DNA of 64,000 nt from an uncultured archaeon (lineage in GTDB: Archaea; Asgardarchaeota; Lokiarchaeia; Sigyniarchaeales; SOKP01): the NCBI GenBank assembly GCA_964632315.1, contig CAZWEM010000006.1, positions 32,001 through 96,000 on the forward strand, written 5' to 3'. The translations under genes were made by a program, and so were the position numbers. Numbering within the stretch: position 1 is the stretch's first letter; every line of letters begins with the position of its first letter. This document shows, piece by piece, positions 30,864-40,748 of the stretch. The notes beneath the pieces are model-generated. The model saw nothing but the letters and a program-made list of their open reading frames with translations, searched no databases and was not told where the DNA came from.

Positions 30864-32429
30864 ATGGAGCGATTCATATCTGATAAAATTTCCTCTGAAG
30901 AATTATCAATTTTAGATAATAATTCAGAGTGGTTGGGAATTTCAAAGTTACAATTAATGGAGTGTGCTGGATATTCATTTTCTAATCATATAAAAAGTCA
31001 ATTTGAGCTAAATAAAGACTCAAGAGTCCTAATTTTTTGTGGGAGAGGAAATAATGGAGGAGACGGATTTGTCATAGCTAGACATTTAGCATCTTTTAAT
31101 ATTCCGACTTCCGTTTTTTTACTTGGAATGCCCACGAAGATAAGTACCAAAGAAGCACTTCACAATTGGGATATATTAGCCTCATTAAGTTACCTTGTTG
31201 ATACTAAAGTTATAAAAGATTCAAAGGAGCTTACTCAAGTTTACATCGATAATGAAAAAGTGGATGAAAAATTGATCATTATTGATGCCTTGCTTGGTAC
31301 TGGAATTGAGGGAAAACTTCGAGAACCGATATCGACTTGTATTGAGGTTATAAATAAATTAAAAGAAACCACAAATAAAAATGTGAAAGTTGTTTCGGTA
31401 GATCTTCCTTCTGGAATGAATCCCAATACAGGAAAAGTTGTTGATAAAGCTGTTAAGGCAGATTTAGTTATTACTTTTCATAGATCTAAATATGGATTGA
31501 AATCTAAGACAGAATACATTAAGGAATTATTAGTGAAACCAATAGGAATCCCATTAGAAGCAAGCATTTTTGTAGGCAAAGGCGATTTACTTCCAACACT
31601 GAAAAAAAGAAAGACAGATTCCCACAAAGGCGAATTTGGTAAACTTTTAATCATTGGAGGCTCAAAAAATTACTCAGGGGCACCAGCTTATGCTGCAATG
31701 ACTGCAATTAACTTTGGATGTGATTTAGTAATAACTTATACTCCATCTGTGGTGGGGGATGTCATAAGATCCTATTCCCCTAACATGATTGTGAGAACTT
31801 GTAAGGGAGATTGGCTTAATATCAAGGCTTTCGAAGAAATATCATGGTTAATTGATTGGTCAGATTCGATTTTAATTGGTCCTGGAATGGGGCAAGAAGA
31901 GGAAACCGAGGAATTATTCGTTAAAGTGTTACAAAAGTTAAAAACAAACCAAAAAAATTTGGTGCTTGATGCTGATGCCTTGAAGTTAGTGAAAAATCAC
32001 TTGGATTTAATTAAAGGAAAAGAGGTTATTCTGACTCCTCATGTGGGTGAATTGAAAATTATCAAGGATTTTGAATTGTACAATTTTGATGAAATTGAGA
32101 AACGTGGAAACTCAATTCATAATTTTGCTGGTGAAATCAACTCAATATTATTAGTAAAAGGTCCCTATGATTATATCAGTGATGGAAAGTCTCTTAAAAT
32201 AAATAAAACTGGTTGTCCAGAGATGTCTATTGGAGGCACGGGGGATGTTTTAGCAGGATTATGTGCTTCTTTTTTAACTACAGGAAATCCTGCTTTTAAA
32301 TCCGCCTGTTCAGCGGCATTTCTCAACGGATATCTGGGGCAATATTGCCTTGAAAATGTAGGAACACGATTTACTACGATGGATATGATCCATAATCTTA
32401 ATAAATGCATCTTGGATATCCAAAAATAA
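30864..32429 (+). CDS. nnr: Bifunctional NAD(P)H-hydrate epimerase/dehydratase (YjeF)
   Basis: GRGNNGGDG, DALLGTG, VDLPSG, HKGEFG, LDADAL, GGTGDVLAG. Confidence 0.93.
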   Translation: MERFISDKISSEELSILDNNSEWLGISKLQLMECAGYSFSNHIKSQFELNKDSRVLIFCGRGNNGGDGFVIARHLASFNIPTSVFLLGMPTKISTKEALHNWDILASLSYLVDTKVIKDSKELTQVYIDNEKVDEKLIIIDALLGTGIEGKLREPISTCIEVINKLKETTNKNVKVVSVDLPSGMNPNTGKVVDKAVKADLVITFHRSKYGLKSKTEYIKELLVKPIGIPLEASIFVGKGDLLPTLKKRKTDSHKGEFGKLLIIGGSKNYSGAPAYAAMTAINFGCDLVITYTPSVVGDVIRSYSPNMIVRTCKGDWLNIKAFEEISWLIDWSDSILIGPGMGQEEETEELFVKVLQKLKTNQKNLVLDADALKLVKNHLDLIKGKEVILTPHVGELKIIKDFELYNFDEIEKRGNSIHNFAGEINSILLVKGPYDYISDGKSLKINKTGCPEMSIGGTGDVLAGLCASFLTTGNPAFKSACSAAFLNGYLGQYCLENVGTRFTTMDMIHNLNKCILDIQK

Positions 32430-32606
32430 AAAATAAATTAGTTTCCAAAGGACTTTAAGTTTATAAAAAAAATCACTAGGAATTAGTTTGGTTATTTCAT
32501 CCAACTATTTTCTTTTAAAAAAAATTTATTAACACTAAACCTATTACTCTAATATAAAATTATCTTCTTTATTATAACAGTGAAAATTGAGTGGTTGAGA
32601 GAATAG

Positions 32607-33452
32607 ATGGGTACACAAGTTTTTAAAATTAATCCCGACGGTACTACTACGGAAATAACTACGGAGGGACCAATTAAAGATATTTTAAATACCGAGGATT
32701 GTTATGTTTTAGTCGCTGATGATATCAGAAAAGTTTTTTTATGGAAAGGAATAGCTAGTAATGTGAGGTCAAAATTTATCGGTGCTAAGAGAAGTCAAGA
32801 GATTCGCGGACAAGTTGGAATGCACTATGCCGTAGTTCCCCAAGATGAAGGTGAAGAGGATCCTGATTTTATTCAGATTATCGGTGGAAAAACAGAAAGT
32901 GGTATTGCAAAAGAAATTAAAGCTGAAGAGAGTGCAGCTAAGGGAGCGCCCCCATCCATCCATCCTTTAAGAGAAAAAGACCCTTTTGGCATACCAGAAC
33001 CCGCAGAGGGTATGAATATAGCAGGAAGTAAACAAAGAACCGCTCAAAATAGTGGTCCATTATATAGAGGGCCGGAATCAATGCCTTCAATAATGTCAGA
33101 TGAAACACATGCCAATTTTGAGCAAATAATGCAAAAACTAGAAGAAATTAAGATCCCCGATGGATTTGAACGAGAGATTATCATAATAGGTAATCACGCA
33201 TATTCAGTTGTCGAAAAGGTCCAAACATTCCTTGGAAAAAGGGAGACAACTAAGGAAATTTCAAAAGTCGGAAACATTCCCGAAGGTGTATTCTTTGCTG
33301 AAGATTATTCGCCACGAATTCTTTCAGAAAATGGTAAAATTTTAGCCATTGAATTTCTTAAAAGGATTGGAGGCCCAACTGATGCTAAAGTAGAATACAA
33401 GTCAAAAAAAGAAATATTGAAGGATCAAATTAAAAGTCAACTTGAAGGCTAA
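32607..33452 (+). CDS. Gelsolin-domain protein (single gelsolin domain, linker, C-terminal X domain; 1DGelX-like)
   Basis: LNTEDCYVL...VFLWKG..SNVRSKF....A...QDEGEEDPDF gelsolin-repeat signature. Confidence 0.82.
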   Translation: MGTQVFKINPDGTTTEITTEGPIKDILNTEDCYVLVADDIRKVFLWKGIASNVRSKFIGAKRSQEIRGQVGMHYAVVPQDEGEEDPDFIQIIGGKTESGIAKEIKAEESAAKGAPPSIHPLREKDPFGIPEPAEGMNIAGSKQRTAQNSGPLYRGPESMPSIMSDETHANFEQIMQKLEEIKIPDGFEREIIIIGNHAYSVVEKVQTFLGKRETTKEISKVGNIPEGVFFAEDYSPRILSENGKILAIEFLKRIGGPTDAKVEYKSKKEILKDQIKSQLEG

Positions 33453-33611
33453 GTAGTTTCAAATATATAATCTTCTTATTTTATTATCATCTGTTTTAAA
33501 TATTAGAGCCTATATTTCGTTTAAATATAAATTTTTAAGTTCGTAGTATATAATTATATTAATTAATAAAATGAAATTTAAAAAATCAATTACCAACGAA
33601 CGAGTGCGCAC

Positions 33612-33995
33612 ATGAGCAATCTAACTCCAGAAGAAGCACATAATTTATCAAAATTCCTCGGGAATATCACAGAGCATACAGAATTAGAAGCATTAGCTTT
33701 AGTAACTCGTGACGGGTTAAGATTAGCATTTTCTTGCATCCCGGATTATAATGTTGACCCAGATCTATTTTCGAGTCTTTCAGCTGTTGTGATGCAAAGT
33801 GGTCATGATTCAATTGAATCCTTAGGATATACTAATCTTCTAGAAGTGGTGTTAAGAGGAGATGATGCATTCATCATTCTCAGTGCTGCTGGAAGGTTTT
33901 TTCTTATGGGAGCGAGCCGGAAAATAGGAGATTTGGGAAAGATCGTAACCGTATTTCGATATTACGCTTCAGAAATTGCAAAACGGTATCCGTGA
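33612..33995 (+). CDS. Roadblock/LC7 (MglB-like) domain protein
   Basis: ALALVTRDGL...DPDLFSSLSA...LEVVLRGDDAFIIL. Confidence 0.85.
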   Translation: MSNLTPEEAHNLSKFLGNITEHTELEALALVTRDGLRLAFSCIPDYNVDPDLFSSLSAVVMQSGHDSIESLGYTNLLEVVLRGDDAFIILSAAGRFFLMGASRKIGDLGKIVTVFRYYASEIAKRYP

Positions 33996-34132
33996 AAAAT
34001 TTTAAACACTTATGGATTAAGATTTTATTTTTTAAATTATTAAAAATTGATTTTAAAAAAACAAATTATTAATATAAACCCATTAGTATTATATTATTTT
34101 GAAAAAGCGATAAAATAAAGAAATGATGTAAG

Positions 34133-36403
34133 ATGAGTGAAATAAAAATATTTGTTGACATCAACGAGGAATCCAATGATAAAGTAGTAATTTGCCAAGA
34201 AAATGCAGAAAAACTAGGAATTTCTAATGGATCAAGCATTGAGATTGAGAATCCAGATAATGGAATGAAAACTTCTGGAAAAGTTGAAATTTCAAACATG
34301 GTTTTAGATTTTGCTGCTCAAATTTCAAAAAATATTATCGATACTCTTCAATTTACTGGTGTGGAATTAATATTACGCCCAGCCGGTAGCGCAGGATTAG
34401 CTGCACCTAAGCTTCAGATCCCTAAGGTTCCTTCTCCAAAACCTCAAGAATCCCAAAGGGGTTCCTCATTTACTCCCTTACCCTCACCTCCACCACAAAT
34501 GGATTCGTCTCGACCTGTCCCACAGCCTACGACGGCTCCAATTCCTTCCAAACCACCTCAAACAACCATTTCTCCAGTTCCAAGACCAGTATCTCAACCA
34601 TCTACCCCCACTCCGCCAGTAACAAAACAGCAGAATCCGTCAAAACCAGTACAAATTCCACAACCAGTTCCTAAACCATCACCACAACCCGCTCCCACTC
34701 CACAACCATCATTTGCACCTCCACCACCCGGAATTAAACCAACCCCAACCCCTACTATGGGAGTTCCCCCTCCACCGCAATCAGTTCCTTCTCAACCTGG
34801 TACAATTCCTCCTGCTACTTCATCACAACCAGAAGTATCTTATTCAAATCAAATAGATGTGTTTACTCTTCAAGGTCAAAAAGGAGGTTTGGTGCTAACA
34901 CCCGTCGTTAGTGATAATATAGAAGGGGGTAGAATTCAGTTAAACAGTTCTATTATACAACAACTCGGCCTTGTTAAGGGCATGCTTGTCGCTTGGGAAG
35001 ATCCATTAACAAGAGCAGTTGGATCTGCAAGGATTGATGAAGCAATGATCAATGCTTCCGAAATTAGGATGAGTAGAGATACAAAAGAAGACACGAACAT
35101 ACAATCTCAGCAAATCCTGGTTTATTCTACCGAACCCCCAATACAAAAAGTTTCAGAATTAATGTTAGAAGTCCAGTCCCAACCTAACTTGATGGGATAT
35201 TGTCTAGTGAGTCCAAGAACTCAATATTCACTCTCAGTCAATCAAAATGATATTTTAGCATTTGAGGATGAATTAACGGGTGCCATCGGAGCTGGAAAAG
35301 TAGATTTGCTAGAAGAAATTCCTGATAATACCATAGTAATAGACAGTGAAATTCTAGAAGCATCGGGAATCGGTAGTTTCGAAGTAAAGGTTTATAAAAA
35401 TAATCGACCAATTATTCCTTTACAAAACATATCCTTGGGGATTTCTCCGATCTCTGGTGAGAATATGTGGGAGATCATTTCTACCGCACGTCAAAATGTT
35501 GAATCATTGAAAGGATGGCTTTCCAATTACGTCATTTTCAAGGGTATTAAATTAAGATGGAGTGCCGTCAATATTGGTTGCTCTATCTTGTCAACCACTC
35601 CGGATCTCACGGGAGATATATTAGCTCAGGTGACTGCCAATACAGCCATTAATTTAACTCCTACTGGTTTAGTCCCCTTCAATGCAATTCTTATTATTGA
35701 TATCAGCCGTTCCATGATGGCAAGAGACGTGCTCGTTACGAATATAGCTCCTGCTATTGAGGGGATTAAAGCAGCAATGGAATCACGAGAGATTCAGGAA
35801 TTTTTGAAGAATTTTAAGCCCAATATCAATATTCCAAGAAGAATTGCTGCTGCATTCGCTGCAGTCCTTTTCTTAAGCGAAAAGGTTGGAAGAGGATTTG
35901 GTGAGAAAGTTAGCGTCATTCGTTTTGCTGACGAGGGCCAGATTTTGCCTTTTGGTGATGGATTTTACATGGATTCTGCCAGTGGTAAGAAAGGAGTATT
36001 GGAGGAAGCCGCAAGATTAATTGTTGATAGAATCGGCAATGCTTACGGTCAAGCTACCAATATGGCAAGCGCGATGGAAAAGGCCTATTTGGTACTTCAA
36101 GAATTTGAAAGAATGAGTCAAGGGGGGCAAAGCCAGCCCACAATGGTGGTACTCCTAACCGATGGGGTACCTACCGACCCAGACGCATTCTTAAGGAGTA
36201 TAAAACAGTTTTCAGGGATGGAAAACGTCATCTTGTACATTGTTGGTTTAGGCAATCCGGATCGAGAAATGATGAGTCGAGCGGCTTCGCTATGTGGCGG
36301 CGAATATTTCGAACCTGCTGATGCGGGTGAATTATTAGTTTGGTACTCAAAGCGAGCTCGCGATTTGACCGTCAAGATGAAAGCTCATAAACATGAATTG
36401 TAG
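34133..36403 (+). CDS. Multidomain protein: CDC48-N-like barrel, Pro-rich linker, two further barrels plus CDC48 Nc-like subdomain, C-terminal vWA
   Basis: Three repeats resembling double-psi barrels (AEKLGISNGSSIEI, IQQLGLVKGMLVAW, QYSLSVNQNDILAF); P/Q/S/T-rich aa ~90-235; vWA MIDAS DISRSM, ATNM, LLTDG. Confidence 0.75.
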   Translation: MSEIKIFVDINEESNDKVVICQENAEKLGISNGSSIEIENPDNGMKTSGKVEISNMVLDFAAQISKNIIDTLQFTGVELILRPAGSAGLAAPKLQIPKVPSPKPQESQRGSSFTPLPSPPPQMDSSRPVPQPTTAPIPSKPPQTTISPVPRPVSQPSTPTPPVTKQQNPSKPVQIPQPVPKPSPQPAPTPQPSFAPPPPGIKPTPTPTMGVPPPPQSVPSQPGTIPPATSSQPEVSYSNQIDVFTLQGQKGGLVLTPVVSDNIEGGRIQLNSSIIQQLGLVKGMLVAWEDPLTRAVGSARIDEAMINASEIRMSRDTKEDTNIQSQQILVYSTEPPIQKVSELMLEVQSQPNLMGYCLVSPRTQYSLSVNQNDILAFEDELTGAIGAGKVDLLEEIPDNTIVIDSEILEASGIGSFEVKVYKNNRPIIPLQNISLGISPISGENMWEIISTARQNVESLKGWLSNYVIFKGIKLRWSAVNIGCSILSTTPDLTGDILAQVTANTAINLTPTGLVPFNAILIIDISRSMMARDVLVTNIAPAIEGIKAAMESREIQEFLKNFKPNINIPRRIAAAFAAVLFLSEKVGRGFGEKVSVIRFADEGQILPFGDGFYMDSASGKKGVLEEAARLIVDRIGNAYGQATNMASAMEKAYLVLQEFERMSQGGQSQPTMVVLLTDGVPTDPDAFLRSIKQFSGMENVILYIVGLGNPDREMMSRAASLCGGEYFEPADAGELLVWYSKRARDLTVKMKAHKHEL

Positions 36404-36523
36404 TTTAAATTCTTCTTTTTCTCTTCAAATTTTATTAACTGAAATAAAAGATTGTAACTTTTTCTTATTTAAAAAAAATGAGTATCGAAGATTTTAAATA
36501 GTGAGGTTTTCTATGTAATACTC

Positions 36524-36961
36524 ATGGCTACACACGAAAAAGGGAGGGCTTTACTAATAATTATTGGTTTTATCTTGTTAATTATTGGAATTCCATTGGT
36601 TATTGTTGGGTTCAGTTCCTTTCTTCAACTTCAATCAGACTTCTTTTCATTATCGTTTGAAGAAAATTCCGCTCTTAGCACTCAAGCTTTTGGCAGTTTA
36701 GTACCAGGTATGTTCCTCGTCATTATTGGTGCAGGAGTATTGAGGTTCGGATTTATCGGAAGGGTCTCTAAGTACATTGCGGATGAGACGGGCCCTGCAA
36801 TAAGCTCTGTAAGTGAATCAATAACAAGAGGAGTAAAAGAAGGGGGAGGGATTGATATAACAGTACATTCCGAATCAAACATACGGATCAAGTGCCGAAA
36901 CTGTGGAACTCTCAACGATGAAAATGCTACGTATTGTGATAATTGTGGATCTCAGCTTTAA
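36524..36961 (+). CDS. Two-TM protein with C-terminal zinc ribbon
   Basis: CRNCG...YCDNCG. Confidence 0.8.
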   Translation: MATHEKGRALLIIIGFILLIIGIPLVIVGFSSFLQLQSDFFSLSFEENSALSTQAFGSLVPGMFLVIIGAGVLRFGFIGRVSKYIADETGPAISSVSESITRGVKEGGGIDITVHSESNIRIKCRNCGTLNDENATYCDNCGSQL

Positions 36962-37169
36962 TTCTATTTTTTTACTTTTTTTAAAATTTAGTTAGATTTA
37001 CTTTTTTATATCCAAAAAGTGATGATGACAAATTATAATTTTGGCTATTGAGCTTAATAATTACCGATGTGTTCCTTTTCTAATTTTCCAAACAAAAATC
37101 TAAAAACAAAAGTGTAATTTAGGATAGATTGATATAATCTTCAAAATTAAAAGTTATAGTTGATCTATT

Positions 37170-39326
37170 ATGAAAGAGAAACCTCTATACTTGGATCCCT
37201 CGAAATCATTAGAAGAAAGAATTGATGACCTCGTTTCAAGATTAACGCTTGAAGAAAAAATTTCTCAGTTGTTAAATGATGCCGTAGGAATTGAGAGATT
37301 ACACATACCGAAATATAATTGGTGGAGTGAGGCTCTTCATGGAGTTGGTTTCTCTGGTATCGCAACTGTGTTTCCCCAAGCCATTGGATTAGCTGCGTCT
37401 TTTGATTTGGATTTGATGTACGATGTAGCAAGCGCGATATCAGACGAGGGAAGAGCCAAGCACCATGAAGCAGTGAGAAATAATCAAAGAAAAATCTTTC
37501 AAGGTTTAACTTTTTGGTCTCCCAACGTCAATATTTTCAGAGATCCTAGATGGGGTAGAGGACAAGAGACATATGGAGAAGATCCTTATTTAACTTCTCA
37601 AATGGGAGTCACATTTATAAAAGGATTGCAGGGAACTGATCCTAAATACTTGAAATTGGTTGCTACTCCAAAGCATTATGTAGCTTATAGTGGATTAGAA
37701 TCTGAACGACATGAGTTTAATGCTATAGTAAGTAAAAAAGATCTTTACGAAACTTATTTGCCCGCTTTTGAAGCTTGCATTAAGCAAGGAAAAGCTGAAG
37801 CAATTATGGGAGCATATAATCGAGTTAATGGAGAACCTTGTTGTGCAAGTAATTTCTTACTTAATGAAATTTTACGGAATGACTGGAAGTTCAAGGGACA
37901 TGTGGTATCAGATTGTGGGGCAATAATGGATATTTTTAACGGGCACAAGGTGGTTGGAACTGGTGCTGAAGCCGCTGCAATGGCATTAAATGCGGGATGT
38001 GATCTTTTTTGTTGCATTGGAATCAGGACAAAAATGAGGAAAAAGATTAGGTGGGAATGGATCCAACATGCTATTGAGGAGGGGTTTCTAAAAGAAAAAG
38101 TGATAGATGAAACTGTGAGCCGATTATTTAGAGCTAGGTTTTTGCTTGGAATGTTCGATCCACCAGAACTAGTACCTTATGCTAGTATTCCATATGCGGT
38201 GAATGACTGTGAAGAAAATAGATCCTTGGCTTTGGAGGCAGCAAGAAAAACAATCGTTCTTTTAAAAAATGAAACAAACATCCTTCCATTAAGTCAAGAC
38301 ATTAAGAGTATTGCCGTTATTGGTCCAACTGCCGACAATTTAGATGTGCTCTTGGGTAATTACAATGGAAAACCTTCTAAATACACTACTATTCTCCAAG
38401 GAATAAGGGAGAAGGTTTCAGAAAAAATATCTGTAACCTATAATCTTGGTTGTCCTCTCAAGCAAGAGTCAAGGGAAGGATTTCAAGAGGCCATTGAAAA
38501 TGGGAAAAAGTCGGACGTTATAATCTTAGTATTAGGCATATCTCCTCGCCTCGAAGGTGAGCAAGGTGAAGCCGTAGAATCAGATTTGCAGGGAGATCGG
38601 CTTGATATTAAACTACCAGGGAGTCAAGAAGACTTATTGAAAGAGCTATACCACTTAAAAAAGCCAATTATTCTCATTTTGACGGGAGGGAGCGCATTAT
38701 CTTTCTCTTTTGCTAAAAAAAACATCCCATCAATTTTATATGCTTGGTATCCTGGAGAGGAAGGAGGAAAGGCTGTTGCTGATGTGATCTTTGGAGATTA
38801 TAATCCAGCAGGGCGGTTACCAATTACATTGTATAATTCTATTAGTCAACTTCCAGATGTTCGTAACTATAGCATGGAAGGAAGGACGTATAGGTATTTT
38901 AAAGGGAATGTTTTATATCCATTTGGGTTTGGTTTAAGCTACACTCGTTTTACATACGATTCAATGAAAATCACACCAAATAAAATCAGACCGGGAGAAA
39001 AAGTAACAATTTCTGTAGATGTAAAAAATGTTGGAGACCTAAAGGGTGAGGAAGTAGTACAACTTTATCTAAAGTATCCTGACGTAGATTTTCGCGTACC
39101 GATTCACCAGTTAAAAGGATTTCAGAGGATAAAGTTAACTCCAAATCAAAAAAAGACAATTAAATTTACTTTAGATGAAAATTCCTATTCAATCATAGAT
39201 ATACAAGGAAAAAAAGTTATAAAAGATGGAAAGATTATTGTCAGGATTGGTGGTTGCCAACCTAAAACGCCTTTTTCAAGGATGATTCAAGAAGGAGAAT
39301 TTTTTATCGAATCACAAAATGAATAA
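37170..39326 (+). CDS. Glycoside hydrolase family 3 (beta-xylosidase/glucosidase) with Fn3-like domain
   Basis: WWSEALHG, RDPRWGRGQETYGEDP, KHY, VVSDCGA, YPFGFGLSYT. Confidence 0.95.
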   Translation: MKEKPLYLDPSKSLEERIDDLVSRLTLEEKISQLLNDAVGIERLHIPKYNWWSEALHGVGFSGIATVFPQAIGLAASFDLDLMYDVASAISDEGRAKHHEAVRNNQRKIFQGLTFWSPNVNIFRDPRWGRGQETYGEDPYLTSQMGVTFIKGLQGTDPKYLKLVATPKHYVAYSGLESERHEFNAIVSKKDLYETYLPAFEACIKQGKAEAIMGAYNRVNGEPCCASNFLLNEILRNDWKFKGHVVSDCGAIMDIFNGHKVVGTGAEAAAMALNAGCDLFCCIGIRTKMRKKIRWEWIQHAIEEGFLKEKVIDETVSRLFRARFLLGMFDPPELVPYASIPYAVNDCEENRSLALEAARKTIVLLKNETNILPLSQDIKSIAVIGPTADNLDVLLGNYNGKPSKYTTILQGIREKVSEKISVTYNLGCPLKQESREGFQEAIENGKKSDVIILVLGISPRLEGEQGEAVESDLQGDRLDIKLPGSQEDLLKELYHLKKPIILILTGGSALSFSFAKKNIPSILYAWYPGEEGGKAVADVIFGDYNPAGRLPITLYNSISQLPDVRNYSMEGRTYRYFKGNVLYPFGFGLSYTRFTYDSMKITPNKIRPGEKVTISVDVKNVGDLKGEEVVQLYLKYPDVDFRVPIHQLKGFQRIKLTPNQKKTIKFTLDENSYSIIDIQGKKVIKDGKIIVRIGGCQPKTPFSRMIQEGEFFIESQNE

Positions 39327-39506
39327 TGTGATACAGAAAAATGAAAAGATACAAGCATTGGATAATCCTTCAAACAAATTTTTATCAATAGTCTCAATTT
39401 TTATAACTAAATACATTGTTAAGTAATATTTTTATATTTATAATTTAATTAGAAATGTAAGAAAAAGATTTGAGTAATAAATAACTCGTTAAATGGCGGG
39501 ATTATT

Positions 39507-39908
39507 ATGAGAATAAAGAAGATAATAACTATTGACGAGAGAGGTCGTATTGTCATCCCGAAAGAAGCCCGAAATGCTCTTGGGATTACGACAGATTCTC
39601 AATTAATGATGATAAGTGATTCAGAAGTAAAAGAAATAAGAATTACTCCAATTGGGCTATCGGGGGAAAAACATCCCATCAAATTACGTGTTACGATGTC
39701 TGATGCACCAGGAGCCTTAGCAAAACTAGCAACATTATTTGGGACTTTTGGTCTTAGCATGATGTATAGTGAAGCTGTAATCGTAGAGAAAGACAAATCA
39801 GCCATATGGACCGTAATTTCAGAAAAACCAGAAGATTTAGAAGATTTAAGAAGGAGCTTGATTGAAAAGGGAGGAGCCTTAAAGGTTGAGATACTCCCCC
39901 TAGAATAA
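39507..39908 (+). CDS. AbrB/MazE-like DNA-binding domain fused to an ACT domain
   Basis: IDERGRIVIPKEARNALG; DAPGALAKLA. Confidence 0.88.
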   Translation: MRIKKIITIDERGRIVIPKEARNALGITTDSQLMMISDSEVKEIRITPIGLSGEKHPIKLRVTMSDAPGALAKLATLFGTFGLSMMYSEAVIVEKDKSAIWTVISEKPEDLEDLRRSLIEKGGALKVEILPLE

Positions 39909-39934
39909 AATTGAAAGACGCTGAAGTGGTATAG

Positions 39935-40708
39935 GTGGCTAAAAAGAAAAAGAAAGAGGAAAGTGAGGATGCTGTAGCTTCTTATTCCTTAGATAGTGCC
40001 TTAAAGTCGTCAAAAAAAACTGAAACCGATTTAAAAGGTCTGCTTAAAACCTTCATAGATGAAGACGATTTTATAGCCCCAAAAATGGGATCAGAGAGAA
40101 AAGCCCCTCAATTATCCCATGAATCGAAGAAAAAAATCGCAGAAGCTTATGTGTTAGAAGATGTTCCTATAACAAAGAGAACGAAAGATACTACTGTACC
40201 TCCCAGCGAGGAAGTAAAGAAAGAAATAAAAGTTTCTAAATCTGCTGAAGAAACAAAAGTTGAAGACAGTATTCCGTCACCAGAGAAAAGTGTTGAGCAA
40301 TCCGTACCAACTACGGTGAAAAAACCATCATTCTCGAAAAAAGATAATATTTATGTAAAACTCAATGAATTTTTTGAAAGCATGTATGAGGGCTATACAG
40401 ATCGTTATGATAAATGGGAAAATTCCGTTTCATCAATTCTTACAATATTAAGAAAGATGAGGAAAATAACTAAGAAAAATACAGAGGATCTGGTTGGGTC
40501 CATCAATAACATGCACTCAAAAATCCAAGAATCTTTAGAACAATTTAAAATAAAGCGTCAAGAAGTGGAAAAAATAGCTGGAGTGGACGTTCAGTTAATG
40601 TCAAGCGAATTCAAGAAAGTTTTAGGTTTACTAGAATTACAAGTTAAAGAATACCAATTAAAAAAATTAACTGATGAATATATTCATTTCTATAACTTGA
40701 TTTCATAG
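39935..40708 (+). CDS. Hypothetical protein: disordered charged N-half, coiled-coil C-half
   Basis: GTG start; K/E/S/P-rich aa 1-135 followed by heptad-like helices. Confidence 0.75.
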   Translation: MAKKKKKEESEDAVASYSLDSALKSSKKTETDLKGLLKTFIDEDDFIAPKMGSERKAPQLSHESKKKIAEAYVLEDVPITKRTKDTTVPPSEEVKKEIKVSKSAEETKVEDSIPSPEKSVEQSVPTTVKKPSFSKKDNIYVKLNEFFESMYEGYTDRYDKWENSVSSILTILRKMRKITKKNTEDLVGSINNMHSKIQESLEQFKIKRQEVEKIAGVDVQLMSSEFKKVLGLLELQVKEYQLKKLTDEYIHFYNLIS

Positions 40709-40748
40709 AGATTTTGAATGATCTTAACAGACTTTTTATATATAAATT

